DNA from: Pelomyxa schiedti
Taxonomy: Eukaryota; Protista; Evosea
Length of the DNA stretch: 64,000 bases
Assembly (NCBI GenBank): GCA_020536535.1
Contig: JAHLWZ010000813.1
Span: 54,158-118,157, forward strand
Reading direction: 5' to 3'
The notes beneath the pieces were generated by a model. It ran no database searches and was not told the DNA's origin. It saw only the letters and a list, made by a program, of their open reading frames with translations. Shown here piece after piece: positions 17,998 to 34,700 of this stretch (its first letter is position 1; each line of letters begins with the position of its first letter). The position numbers and the translations under genes are program-made.

Positions 17998-20900
17998 TTA
18001 CCAAGGATAGTTTTCTGCCATAATGAGGAGGACAAGGGATGTCCATCCTGTGAAGGGGTGGCTGTGTTGGCCTTCTCCGGAATGAGCGTTGTACTGCTCC
18101 CACAAGAAACCAGTACTTAAAAAGCTCTTGTGTTTTTATTAGTGGGCTGGAGAAGGAACGAAGGAAATCACCTTGTGAATGTTGTCAATCAGGTTGGTAC
18201 GCAGGCTGTGATATAGTGTGTTGCATCTCTCAGAGTGCGGCCCAGGAATTTGAGCATAGTGGCGGAGTGACCCCAGAACGAGGTAATTCATGTTAATCCA
18301 TACAGGGCCCCTCCAGTAGTCTTCATAGGTTCCATAGAAGGGATCAGACTTGGACAGAGAGCAGATCCCAAATCTGAAATGTGGTAACCCTTATTGTCAG
18401 CGTTTTCAGAAAACAAGTTCACCTGGACCACAGTTGCTGGGGATCTTGAAGGATGTTCAAAATTGCGGAAAGTTGTGGGCTATCTGGTTGTACAAGGCGC
18501 ATAATAAGTGGGAAGAGAGTGATGTAGCCTGTGCCTAGTTGTCAAAATGCCTGGTGGTAGGTTATGGGTATTACCAATGTGCTTGGAAAAGGCTTTTGTC
18601 CCAGTTGCCGTGTCATATGCCTCTACATCATAATAGAGGTTGGTGTAATCATCAAAATGATAGTCTGAATGGAAATAAGAGAATGTATACAACAGGTTCT
18701 GTTACATTGCAGAGAGTTTATTAAATTCTGTTTCTCTTCTAAATAAGCAGTATAATCCAAATCCAGAGCTTTGGAAATCTTATGTAATGTTACGGAAGAA
18801 GCTCACTATCACGATGAAAACCTCTTGCAATGTGTCCTGGAATAAAATCATCCAACATAGCAAATCTAGATGCATCTCTAAATTCGATGGCGTTGATGCC
18901 CGGGGATAGTCATCAAGACCCGAGGCGAGTGTGTGATTTACAGTGCGCCCAGCCCAGCGGAATGTATGTGGCACGATACCACTCTGTGTGCTTGTGAAGA
19001 AAGAATACTGACGCTGCAGGAATGGTATGACAGTTCTCAAAAAGTCACGGACTTTCCTGTGGAAAGTTGAACTAAGAAAAAAAAAAAAAAAAGAAATAAT
19101 ACAAGATTTGGGCCAACTGACAGAGCGAGTCACTTGAACACATATTCCTGTCTACACAATTGACATAAGATATGATAAGTTAACTCTGAGAAGCTTACCT
19201 TTCTCAGCTAGAACCTTCTTTACAAGAGCTCTTATTGGAAGCAGCAGTGTCGGGGGATTGGCATGTGAAGGTGTTTGGGCGACGAATTCAGGAGGAACCT
19301 GCTACAAGTGAGTCTTTAGACAGTCTCAATAATGAGTGCAAACCCTGGACATAGCCTCAGATCCAAGAATTTGTTCTCTTGGTATCCACCCCTTGTCTGT
19401 CATTAAGTTGAACCAATAGCTCAGAACTTCCAGACTTGGGTAAGATTAAAACAAACAAGACTGTGTCCAAAGACCTACGTTATTTCAGTGTCCCAAGGTA
19501 CAACAACAAGCTGATGGAACCCTTCATCCCACAAAAACCCACGTGGGAAGAATGATCTTGATGGAACAGCAGTAAACAGAGGCTGAATATATTAGTGCAA
19601 GAATGAAGTAGGATGAACAGGGATACATGAGGTTGACCCAAGGTAAGAGTGCCGGAATCGAGGTCCTTAATTGTTGAAGAACCAAAGAAGTACCTTACCA
19701 TTCAGTAAGCTTTGTCAGTGGGTGTATTCCTTACCCCATTCCTCCCAACAAGTTAGAAAGGGCAGCCTTTGCTAGATTGATATGACTCAGAGAAAAAGCA
19801 CTTTTAAAGTCAAACGCAGCAGCGAATCTAGCATCAAATTGCACTTTTTTTGTACTTATCTCTCTTCCCAGAGTTTGTTGTCTAAGCGCATTTTCTGCTC
19901 TTATATTTTCGTCAATTTCTTCCCCCACTTAAAAGATTGCACACTTAATTTCAGCTTCTGTTTTAGCATCGTCGTCGTCATCAGTGCCAAATTGCTTGTT
20001 GAAACTGACATCCAGTTCAAATGGTATTGTCAGAGCGCATTGTACGACTATTACATTGCTCTCTTGTGCAATCGTGTTTGGGAGAACGGGGATGATAACT
20101 TCAGTGTCTTTTTTTTCTACCATCTTCTCTGCCAATTGTGTGTAGAAGCTATTTGCTGTAGGTTGTTTGAGAATTATCCTGTGCGGTTCAGAAGAAACCT
20201 ATGTGATTTTGCACAAAGTCTTTTACTTGCCATCCATCATCATCAATGTGGTAGCCAGCAAAATGGAAACGACTCAGATCCGCAGAAGACTTACTTGGGT
20301 TGGGGTGTGTCATCTTACCCTTTGTTACTGTAGAAATTATAAAAATAAGAATCTCCAATGTTGAAGTACGAAAAAAACCTTCGTGTACAATTAGATCAAA
20401 GTGGCCAGATGCCTTTGAGTTCCCAGTAATAAAAGCATCCCCGTCTATGCCCTATATTGGTTACTATGGGGATTGTTGGCACATTGAAACCTTTTTCTTA
20501 GTACCATGAAGTTGCAATGTAGACGATGCAGCAGAAGGCAAGCCAACATACAAATAGAGTAAAGCCCTTGGCGTGCCTGTTCCGCCACTGCCAGAAATTC
20601 GGAGGGACCATGAATTTTTCTCACCATCAGCTGCCAGGAACGTAGTGTTAATTTGAGCTTTTCCTAGATCAGGGTCGATTATCTGCTGTAATCCAAACGT
20701 GCTCCCATCATGTTTCGTCCACCCATACTGAAGAGGCTAAGAAGAGTACATCAAAAATGAAATCGTACAATAAGATTGTCAGAGTCTTGACATTGGTGCC
20801 TTATCTCTTTGTGGCAATGAAGTTAACCTCATGTAGAAAACGACGGTCGAGGTGCGAGCGCACAACACAGCAAACTAAATACAACAACAACGCCGCAAGA

Positions 20901-21327
20901 TCTCAAACAAGAAGTGCGCACTGGTTATTGGATACAGAGTGTCAATGTGAGGAGGCGGCTGCCTTGTCATCCTCTGCGTCTGTCCCACCGGTGACCACAT
21001 TAAACCGACAATGGGCGATCCGGGCACCCTGCTCCTCATTCCCAGGTACACCCCGGGCCTGTGTGTGCCCCACATCGGCGTCGCTGTCGCTTCGCTATCC
21101 CCGTCGTTGTGGGCGTTGTCAAGATCTTTGTCGACGTCACGCCGTGGTGCTGGCAACTTACTGTGACTCGCTCTGTTATCTCTCAGGAACTTCTCGAGTG
21201 GGAACACGTCGACACTGGCCGCTGTTGGGTCTTGGGTTTTTTGTGTTTGTGTTGGCGTTTGCCCACATGTGTACGATAGACACAGGAGCAGGGAACTAAT
21301 GACAAAGTACAACCCGACAGGTCTCAT
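17998..21327 (-). CDS. MOGS: Mannosyl-oligosaccharide glucosidase I (GH63)
   Basis: [81 protein letters not shown]. Confidence 0.93.
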
Positions 21328-21422
21328 CGATGATAGACGAAACACCGAAAGAATTAGCAGAAGGAGAAGTTCTAATGTCTATCCTAAGATCCCTGGGGGA
21401 GAGCCTGGCCAATGTGGAGTAA

Positions 21423-24036
<2,614 letters not shown>

Positions 24037-24472
24037 GCTTGGTGTCTGTAGAGCTTCTTCCACCTTCTGGCTTGGGCTGTCCGGTAGTTCTCCTTTTTCT
24101 TTTGGTTTTATTGCCACTGACCTTGCAAAAGAGGTCCCTCAAGTCAGATTTTGTGCTTCCACAAAAGACCCTGCCAATAAACTTTTCAAAAGAAAATACA
24201 CCATAAAATCGCGTGGTGTTTGAAACTCAAGTGTTTCTTTCTCTTCCGGAAGCGAATTGGGCAGAGATCGTCTGCCGACGTGACGCGATCGTCGCGTTCG
24301 CACGAACAGCCGCTTTTTAATTTCTTTTTCGTACGATACAGCCCGGTTCCGGTAGAACTAAAAATAAATAAAACGCAATAAGAACAACCAAAAAGAAAGA
24401 AATCAACCCGTTCTTCTCGAATCTAAGTTTTTAACTATCTCGGCTCTAAGCCCAGTTTAACCTTCCACAGGA

Positions 24473-25567
24473 ATGGCGTGCAGGACAGAATTGGAGGTGA
24501 CATTGGATGCTCGCTCGCAGTTCCTTGCATTTGCATGTATGGTTGTGCCCAGGTGTGGCCGCTACAGCCTGGCCAGGCTCTTGTGCCAACAGATGCCTGT
24601 GATACAGGAGATTGGCCGGAACTGGGTGGTACGGGAATGGCTGGTGGATGGATACACAGTGGGGGGCAGGGAGGATAGTGAAGACGTGTCTGGTGGGCAT
24701 TGTTTTCGCCGCTGGACAAGGGCCTCGGTCGTTGTTGGCCTGTCACTTACGCTTGGTGTTGTGTGGCACCGGTGTTTCTGGGACGAGGGTTGCAGTGCCC
24801 CAACACATTTGTGTTCTCTGGGAAGCGGCCACTTCACTGCTGTGACTCCAGCAGACGATTGGCTTGTCAGTTTCAAGATAGAATCTAGTACCGGTGGTGT
24901 GTCACAGAGTCCAGTGCTAGTTGATATTGACGGCGTTGGTAACTACAAGAATTTTCAGTCCAACAGCAAGTGGCTTGTGCTCCTCACAGAGAGATTACTA
25001 TTGCTCTGGGTGGTACAAAGTCAAAATTCAGCGGCTTCTCTAGCGGAGGTTCTCGAAGTACCCCACAACTTCAAGCTTCCCATGGATTTCGTGTTTCCCC
25101 CGTCCCACTTCGCATCAGATAAAATTGTAGTTGCCAGTGGCAATGGGGAAGTCTCTTTCATTGACCTGCAAGCAAGTGCAAACGCCCATGCTTTAGTAAA
25201 TACCTATATAGGCAAGCTCGCACGTCCCGACCCCTGCAAAATTTGGTGGGTGTCAGGGCAGCAGGGAGAAATGCAGGGGGATCTGTTGGTAGTATCCCAT
25301 AAGCCGCTGGAAATGTCCGGCCGCATAATGTCGGTCTTCGACATGTACAACAGGACGGCGCTCGACCTGCTGCCTTCTCAGCACTGGGGAGCGTTGGCAT
25401 CTCAGCCCACGCACATCTGCGCCAATTTCAAGTCGAATTGGTGCACAAAGGCCGGCCGAGACGCATCGGCCCCAGTACCAATCATCGAAGTAGCTAGTCG
25501 TAGAACTCTAGGAATTCTTAGGGTGACTGAGCCACCCACCCCGGAGGACGAGTGGATGTGGTGGTAA
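24473..25567 (+). CDS. Intronless hypothetical protein with an N-terminal 'ARSQFLAF...PRCG..S.AR' motif (lineage-expanded family)
   Basis: Uninterrupted 364-aa ORF. Helical N-terminal motif followed by a beta-rich region (NSKWLVLL). Confidence 0.65.
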   Translation: MACRTELEVTLDARSQFLAFACMVVPRCGRYSLARLLCQQMPVIQEIGRNWVVREWLVDGYTVGGREDSEDVSGGHCFRRWTRASVVVGLSLTLGVVWHRCFWDEGCSAPTHLCSLGSGHFTAVTPADDWLVSFKIESSTGGVSQSPVLVDIDGVGNYKNFQSNSKWLVLLTERLLLLWVVQSQNSAASLAEVLEVPHNFKLPMDFVFPPSHFASDKIVVASGNGEVSFIDLQASANAHALVNTYIGKLARPDPCKIWWVSGQQGEMQGDLLVVSHKPLEMSGRIMSVFDMYNRTALDLLPSQHWGALASQPTHICANFKSNWCTKAGRDASAPVPIIEVASRRTLGILRVTEPPTPEDEWMWW

Positions 25568-25848
25568 TAAAGTTTAAAAAAAAACATGTTATTGTTCCAT
25601 TGTTTTACAGGGGATTCAGGATCCAAGTTGGGTCCTTGTGGTTCTACGGAAAAAACCGTATCAGATACGGGAAAACTTTGGAACCCTTTTATCTTCTCCC
25701 CTTCATCTTTCTTTCTACCCTTTGGAGAAAACACGTACCTATCACCTGTGGGTAAAAAAAGTGTGTTTTGGTAACCAACAGACCAAAATCTTAGCTACAT
25801 AAAGGGCTTGATTGTTGTAAATAGAATGCAACATTGCGTGGTGCCTTA

Positions 25849-26659
25849 TTATTTACCATATCGTTTTTCCCTTGTGAAGTAAAGGTGATTGATGTGCTGA
25901 AAGTCAAAAAGGCAGAAGTGCTGGAGGCTCGGCTGCCAACTGTTGTTGATTATTAAATGACTTTGTATGATTTGTTTGTTGGATGGAAAAATGGTGGCTT
26001 GCACATACAACAATTCTGTGAACCTGAGGTGCCATGGGAAAAAGTCAGGTAGGCTGTGGATTGTATCAAATATGATTGCAAGCTCGGGCTCGGTCATAGT
26101 ATAATGGCCAACTGTTTTACTTGTGTGAGAAGATATATAGCCACTGGGGAAATTGGGTAGAATTGGAGAAGGTTGATAGTACTAATAGTGCTATTCGATA
26201 TGTGCTTTACTGTTATGTCACAAGCGGGAATGAGCACAAGTTTTTTTGTTGCTTGCACAATTGCACCCTTTCCATCTGATGGAGAAGTCACATGAATTAG
26301 ACAGGCCGGAGCTGGTAGTTCAGGGACAGTTGGAGACTTGGCCGCTTGTTCTCCTTCAGGGGGTGTGGCTTCTGAAGGGGGGAGGTCTAGTGGTTGTTCC
26401 GAAACTGTGCTGGTTGCACAGTTGAGTTCATAGCTCTTCCATTCAGTGTTGAACACAATCCCGTGGTTTAGTTCAGGGACACTCTGGTTTAGTTTCTCTT
26501 TTTAGATACCGGTTTTGAGAAACAGAGGAAAAAAAGAATAAATACTTGTAGTAATGGCTGGACACATTCAATCAACTTTTCAACATGTGTCTTCAACAGA
26601 CCTGTCAAGTACTGTGAGTGCATCCCCTGCTGGAAAAAACAAAACCAAAAAACACACAG

Positions 26660-26699
<40 letters not shown>

Positions 26700-26700
26700 G

Positions 26701-26738
<38 letters not shown>

Positions 26739-27292
26739 AAATACGAAAAAAAAAAAAAAACAAAAGAATATCACATGGACCAATAAACGCCAACCAAAAA
26801 ACAAACAAGTCCTTCAAACCAACCTTGCACATCCCACAGGGTCACGTTCCTCACACCCATGCCGACGGCATGCGAAACCAACTTGGCGGCGCCCGCCAGC
26901 ACCTGGTCCCTGGACCCGCCCCCCTGCTGTATTATGAACGCCACGTGGCGCAGCGTGTTCTTCGCCCCCTCCGCGCTCCCCCCGCCTGCCGCCGCCTCGG
27001 CGCGGCTCTTGGCGCTCGCCCCGGCCCCGTCTGCTGCGGCTGCGGTGTGTTGCTGCTGCTGCAGCGGGGTCGTGGTCGTGGTGGAGGGGCCCGGCGCGAG
27101 GTGCACGCGCAGGCCTGGGGCGCGGGGCCCGAGGGCGCAGAGGGTGAGGCGCCAGGCGAGGAGCGAGGCTGAGTCCCAGAGACCCACGAGGGCCGCGAGG
27201 AGTCGAAGAACGAGCACGTAGGCCGCGAACCCAGGGCCCCACCCAACGTATCCCACACCGTGCCCAAGCCCGTGCGTTTTCCCCCCGTGCAT
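25849..27292 (-). CDS. NUS1: NUS1/Nogo-B receptor, cis-prenyltransferase accessory subunit
   Basis: Hydrophobic N-terminus, LRHVAFII, GVRNVTLWDVQG, SPSDGKGAIV, EPELAIIF, DFFPWHLRFTE, C-terminal RxG motif (EKRYGK). Confidence 0.88.
26660..26760. repeat. About 100-nt near-pure poly(A) tract (poly-T on the coding strand) inside NUS1 intron 1
   Basis: Directly visible homopolymer runs with few interruptions. Confidence 0.95.
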
Positions 27293-27549
27293 TATTATTC
27301 GGTACGTCGAATCACCTGAGCGCTGGTTCCCCTTTCCCGATTGACTTGTGGGATCCCCAGAGTGCAACCCAGAGATAAATGGTGGACAAAAAAGCTCAGG
27401 AAGCACAACCCGTTGTTGAGCAGCAACTGTCTGTGTTCAATCATCACTGAACGTCCGGGATCTCAGAAGCCCGGAACAATCAAATTAATTTTTTTTGAAG
27501 ATACCAGGCGGGAAAGGGGGTGCGTGGCTTATTTGCACACAAAGGGGGA

Positions 27550-30500
27550 ATGTCGCAACAACACTCTCGCAGCAATAGTGGTAGTGGTGGTATAAACAAC
27601 GGTAGCGACGGCGGGAGCAGGGCCATCGGCGGAGATCTCGCGTCCTCGGGCGCAAATTCGGCCGCAGCGACACAGTTCAGAGATGCGGCAACGGTAGTCG
27701 TGAAGACCGTTATGCTACTGCGGGACTTATTCAACAAGGTTTCCTTCGAAACCTATTTTGAGGAGAAAAATCCATCTTGTTTCATTTGTAATCCATGTGC
27801 TAAATGCCGAATCTTTTAGGAGCCTTTACCTCTAAGTGATATCAAACTGGTGGTAAACAAAATTGAAGAGGCCAGCACTGCTTTTGCCAATGCTGCTGCT
27901 GCAGTCAACATGGAGATACTCTCACTCCCTCATCGGTTATCGAATTTTATTTCCTCTTTTTCTGTTATTGACTTAATAATAAGACCTGGTGGAGTCGAAC
28001 AACTGGAGAAATTAAATCAAATTTGCCAACAACTGAAAGAGAAAATAGATTCCATTGTTAGACTAGCACGGGTTCCTTTCCCTTCGCCGTTTTAAAGTAC
28101 CCATTCCTAAACACTAATCGTCCAGCCAGACTCTGCAGAAACCCGAGCTCCTTGAAGTTGCTGAACTAATGAAAAAAGCCTTGGAGATTGTTAGCAACTC
28201 GCTACCGCCAGCTGTGTCACCCCCACCCTCACACACCACAAGACTTTCCAATTCAACGCCTTGCCGAAATTCTGCGCAGTCACCTACACAGCAACCTCCT
28301 CCAAATACTGACACCACCCATAAACGCGAAAACTCTGTATCACAATGCATTCCTCCTATGCCCATGGCGAATTCTCCAGGATTATCAGTTTGTACTACTT
28401 TATCTGAAATTCAGTAACGAAAACAGACAGAAAAGCAAGACTCACAACAACAACAACCTGTGCCATCTGGGAATTCAATTGACTCCACACAGAATGCAAC
28501 CGTCAATCGTCAGGTAGCACTATGTAAATAAACACATCCACCTTACCCCAAAGTTAGGTAATCACTCAGGTACAAATGATTTACATACAGTAAAACGGTT
28601 CACATACATAAGGTCATTGAAGACCTAAAATCCAACAATAAAGAATTCAGCTTTATGTGGATGCAGATGAGCCCCGATCTCCAAGAAAACTTCACGAAAA
28701 CACTTTTTTCCGTTGTCAATAGTGCAATTGTACGACACCCTACTTTTTTTCCCCTGTGACTTCTGTAGGCGCAAAATTCTGCTTCTACATCCCTCACAGC
28801 TGCATCAATTCCTCGCGCCAACGTAATTTCCCCGATCACGCTTGCTGCAAATCAAGATGAAGTAGATGTTGATGACTCAACTCAGTAACACCCCACCACA
28901 CCAAAATCAAATTCTCATTTTTCAGAGACTTGGAAGCGCACCTTAGGAGCGGTCATCTTCAGAGAGTAATTACAAGGTATAACATATCTCAAGAAATTCG
29001 AAGGTACTCATATTTGAAGAAATAAACTTGGGTCACTTTCTACCAACCATCAAGGTTTCAGTAATTTGAAGGAAGAGTTAGTTAACTCAAAAACCTAGAA
29101 ACTGAGTCTCCGGGAATGGCACTCAGAGATACAATTCTCCGCATTTTGGACCTCTCAGGTTGGATTACACCAAAGCCCATGGAGAAATTAACTTCGGCAC
29201 ACCAGCAAAAATTGGAGACCTTGTGTTTGGCACAGCTATGAATGCCACAGCTTGCATTGCTGAACCACGAAATGAAGATAAAAACAATAATGTTTCTCCC
29301 GCCTTTTCGTTTGCATCTAATTCCCCTCAGTTTGAAAGCGCTGTGCAATCCTCCCGCAACACCATTATTAAAATACTAGAGTCATGTAGAATTAAAGTTA
29401 CTTCCGAGATAAAAGAAGGAGAAGGCTGTGATCTAACCGCTATACTGGAGGTTAGGAAGGAAAAAAGACTCACCCAATTAACTTTATCACAAGGTTTTTG
29501 ATAAAACGGTTAGAGACATATCGGAATCTACTGTGAAAGGAAAGCCCGATACCACTGTTGATGTTGGTCCAAATACACCTCCTCACAAGCAGCAACTCAT
29601 TGAAGGTGAGATTGAGAAACAGTGTTTCTACTATTCCAATAGAGTCAGGTTACCATTTTCGTCTGTAGGGATTTTTAACTCGATGTCTTCAGAATTCACC
29701 TCTGCCAATTCCTTAGCATCGTCAGTGCGCTATGTTTTAAAATATCAACTTCAAGTTGGCTTCTCGAGCTTTCTGCTACATCAATGAGTTTTGTAAATGC
29801 CATTACACTTCTATCCAATTGTGTTGCTACCGCTCGAGCGGTTTTAAGTCAGAGCACAGGTAAGCAAAATGTTTTTTTTTTGTTGTTGAAACAAATTTTA
29901 GAGAATCCAATGGACGCTGTATCTACCACACCCTCCGTTCCTGCTCGGCCATTACAGGAACTGATAGAATCTGCCGCAATTCCAAATGACATTCCCCTTT
30001 GGGAAGAACTCACAGCACCCCCACCCTACCAAATTTTTCCGCCGCACGAAGTCAAGGCAGCAACTCTCAATAAGCTGGTAGAGTTGGCCACATCTTGCAC
30101 ATTTCATGGTATTGTTTTTCCCGCAGACAACTATCGGAGTCTAAAAGACTTATCCACTCCAGATGCAGCCTACTTGAAAACGTTTGTGATAATGTCTTGC
30201 TCTTTCACTACACCCTCGAAGTTATTCTTAAAACTCATTCAACGGTCCGTCATTCGAACTCTTTTTATTTTAATTCCTACATTAAATCTCAAGTTACGAA
30301 GTTCCACCAGAAACTGATCCGGCATTAAAGACTCTTATACAGACGCGTGTTCTTATTTTCTTGAAGGTACTAAGCACTCAATGTTTTCTTTTCCCATTTA
30401 GCCATTTTGAGTAGTACTGGATAGACCATCAATTTGACGAAATGGATGATACGCTAATTCGAAGGTAGGGGAAGCAAGTTGAAGTGGACTTATTTCCTCA

Positions 30501-31646
30501 GGTTGTCAGAGTTCGCAGATCGACTTCTGGCAGATGGGTTGGGGGCACAGGTTTTTAAATCAGATTTAGAATCCAAGAAGAGGATGAGAATGTCGAAAAT
30601 CAAAGACCTCTTGATTCCACATGTTGATCTCGTTGTAAGTCTCTGAGAGGTGAAGCCAACAACCGACCCCTTTAGATGCCTCAGGAAAAAATATCTCCCA
30701 TCTCTTACATATTGTGTATGAGCAGTGAAGAAATTGCCAAGCAATTAACTCTCATCGACTTCGGGATTTTTCAATCCATCAAAGTGTTCTATTCTCGTTT
30801 CTCATTCATCTCTGACTCCGAACTCAGCCCAGTGAGCTTGTAGATAAAGGGTGGACCAAAGAAGGGAAGAACTACAGATCACCCCATGTTGTACAAATGA
30901 TTGAGCGCATAAATAACTTTTCACTCTGGCTGTCACAGATGATTGTGTTTGAACAAAACCAAAAGGTCAGAGCAGACATTGTCACCAAATTCATGGAAGT
31001 GTCTTGTGTATGCTGCGTAACTTGCCATTCAAAATATAAATTAAGCAAAACCCAGTACCTGAAATCAATCAACAACTTTCATACACTGATGGCGGTAATT
31101 GTTGGCCTCAATCAAGCAACAGTAACACGACTGAAGCAAACTATGGCACTTGTTCCGGAGAAGACCACAAAAAAGTGGAAGGCTGCAGAAAGTGTTATGG
31201 ATGTAAATGGAAACTTCAAAACCTACCGGAGCACATTAACTCAAGCAGCCGGGCCAATACTTCCCTACCTGTATTTCTTTCTCCCTTTTCCTTTGCACTA
31301 AATCAGCTGCAGGATTGTTTACCTGAGTGATCTCACGTTTATTGCCGATGGTACTATCCATCATCATGCATTTATCTTACCAACAACAGGTAATGCGGAC
31401 ACTGTTAATAACATGATAAATTTCGACAAGCGGTCTATGGTTCACCAAATCATTTCAAAAATCGATGAGCTGCAACATAATCCCTACAAAGGATTTGTTG
31501 TATGTGAGCCACTGAACACATTTCTTTCTGAGCTTCCGGCCCTTACCGACAACACACTCTATAACATCAGCAAACTCCGCGAACCGCCACTCCCCACAAG
31601 TTCAGCAACATCCAAAACCTCGTCAAGACGGAAATCCGCACACTAG
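27550..31646 (+). CDS. RasGEF (REM + CDC25 domains) with a long helical N-terminus
   Basis: VKAATLNKLVE, YLKTFVI, EIAKQLTLIDF, NNFHTLMAVIVGLN, GNFKTYR, PILPYLGLFLSDLTFIADGN-like segment, MINFDKR. Confidence 0.9.
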
Positions 31647-31739
31647 CATTGAAGCTATGAAACTGTGCATAGCATAAGGAAAAAACCCAAATTTTGATTT
31701 TTTTTTGTTTGTGTAGATACAAGTACAACACACAAGAGG

Positions 31740-34700
31740 TTATAGGGTGGAATGAGCAGAGAGCAAAGAGGCCAATTGAGGAACCACATTGGAAAAGCTT
31801 GGCCTGTTTTTGGGGTCTGTGGCCCAGCACTGCTGTGTCACATTTATCCATTCAGTTGGGCAGTCAGGTGGAAAAACAGGTCTCACTCCTGCAGCCACTT
31901 TGATTGGAATATCCCAGAATACACAACCATGCCATGGGTCCGACCTGGTGTGTGATGTCATTTATACATTTATATGGGCCAGTGCTGTATTGTAAAAATG
32001 CATTGTACTGTTTGGGAGGAAACCTTGTCCACAGTTCCCACAGGCAAATACCAAAACTATACACGTCTGCTTTGTGATTGTATGGCAGCCTGTCAAATAA
32101 CTCTGGGGCCTAAATGTCATTAATCTCAAGGCCGAAGTCAGGGTGCATTTTACCATGAAAGTTGGAGTTCCAACCCCTGTGGTGAAATCCATCACTTTTC
32201 CTGTAGTACGGTCATAAGAGAAGATCGAGTTCACACAGGCGTAAAACCTGCATCTTCAACATCTCTGGAGGTTCCGAAGTCTATTTTTTCTTAATACGCA
32301 AGTAACAAAAGGAGACCAATTACCTGTAAGTTTACAGCTCACAGGTGCGTGTAAGTCCAGAGAGACTAAAAGTACATTGTCACATTTCAAATCTCCTAAT
32401 AGGATATTAACGCATTTCGGAGCTACAGGAATCACAGCACTGTACAGAACGTTATTGAGGTGGAGGTACTCCATTGCCTGAGCGATATTGTATGCGAATT
32501 TGAGGTGCAAAGGATACACCATTTCTTTATCCGACTTTAGAAATCTCTTCAAACTTCCGTTTTGAATGAACTCAGAACATACGCACAGTTTATCTTGGTT
32601 TGTTGAAAAAGGGAAAAAAGTTTAGATATCCCCAACCTGGAATGCAGGAGGCACCAATGAATTTAACAATGCACGGATGATGAAGTCTATTCATTATCGA
32701 CATCTCCTTCCTGAAAGCTCGAATATCCTTTTGTTGAGTCATAATTTTTACTGCCAGTATTTGTGAACGGTATTGTCCCCTATAGACACTCCTGTTCAAT
32801 TCCAGGTAGATTGTAAGAAAACTCCAGGGAGAAAGGCAGTACCCAAAAGATCCGGATGCCAAAGGCTCAGGATCCACATTTACTTCTTCTGGGTCGAGCC
32901 ACTCAGAAATGGCACCTTCAACTTTAATTTGAATCCATGTGGAACAGCTCTTTGTACCACTTCCAAATTCAATTTTAATTGGGTGCTCAAAGTGGGTAGT
33001 ATATTTCAGCCGGAAATGAACATGCACGTGTATACTACTTCTTGAAGGAACGCAACCTTTTCCTGGAACACAGGACAGGTCAACAACTGGATTTTCTTCA
33101 GGAATATACATGCAGTAAGGCATGCAATGACTACTCGAATTCCTCAGCTCAATATCGTCAGTGACTTCCTGGCCAACAGGACACAATTCGGAACCAAGTC
33201 CGAAATCCAATTTCTCCTTATCAAGTGACAGACCTTGCAACATGCATGAATCGTCTCTAGGCATTTTAGTCTTGTCAATCTCCTCTATAGACATAATTGC
33301 TATAGTCTCTGCCCCTACTCTAAGTGAAGCCTGCGCTGCTCTTCGCCTCTGTCTCGCAAATAGAAATACTCCCACGCAACATGCACACAGGAGAAGGAGA
33401 AACAAAAGTGAAGCAATTCCAAAAATCATTCCACGCTCAGCTGGTGACAGTGGTTTCTTTCTGGCATGGAATGTGAGTGAAAATCCCCGGGCAGAATTTT
33501 GTGGAGATGTTGAGAATTCCACCAACATTCTTGGTGAATTGATTACTACTAAGCGATCTTGTATATCTGTTACAAATGACACAATAAAATCTCCATATTG
33601 GCCGTCTTCAGTAGCGTAATAAAAAGACAAGCTCTCCCCCAAAAATGCAGTAAAGTGTATGAGAACCTCCAGTTCGTCATATTTGCTGGAACTTGATGAT
33701 GCATCAACAAACCACCGGCATATAATTCCATTCAGGAAATGGATCTGAGAAAAACTCTCAGATGGGATAGAGTCATTGTAGTAAGCATCGCTATTAATGG
33801 TTCCCTCAGAAGAACCTATCACAGATGAATATGCTGAGCACCCTCTGCTGCAGTCAAACCAGTAGTGACCACCGGAACATACACACGTATTATCACCAGA
33901 ACAAACCCCGTTTCCGGTTTCTGCATGGCAGGTATTTCCAGAACCCTCTCCACAGGAGGAAGTGATGTCACCCCAACATGTGGGGTAGTCAAGAACCTCA
34001 AACTACAGGCCACATATAAGTACGATTTAGAATTGATCCTCTACTACCGTGTCAAAGTAAACCTCAGAATCTACAGAAAGAAGATAGAGGTGATAAAAGC
34101 CAGGAACGAGGAAAGGAGTGAATATCTGAGTCATTGTAATATTTTCCATTGTGAGATCTGGATCAACCCCAGTAGAAGAGGCCCATCGCCACTCAAGTAT
34201 GTCTAAAGTTCTAGATAGGGCAATAACCATAGAATTCGTCACACCAAAGTCATTAATAACCTGCCTATGGAGGTGTGAATTTCTTTGAAGAAATTATGAA
34301 TAAAGAAGACCAACGGAAGGAAGTATGACACAACGAAATCCTCACCCGGGCATAACTGCCTCGGAAACACAAAGTTTATATCACAGTTAGCCATGGCCCA
34401 GTTGTCTTCACATACACAAGCTCCCCATTGACAATATCCGTGGAGGCAGGGATCACAGTCACTAGGAAAACAACCTTCACACTCCCATCTAATAGGAAAA
34501 TGAGAGAAATGTGAAATCAATGTGAAAAAGGGAATGACCGAACCTGAGGACAAACGAGTACTCTTCAAATAGTACGTTGATCCATTCCGAGTCATTTCCC
34601 ATCATACTGCAACCAAAAGAGAACCTCAATTCCACAGCCAGTATGTAACTGTTTCCCAGATATACAGTCAGGGTCACATTTGATACCCCAGAAGGTACCT

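Noticed and set aside
26554-26937. Poly-Lys and poly-Phe ORFs
   Set aside because: They are translations of the intronic homopolymer tract in NUS1.
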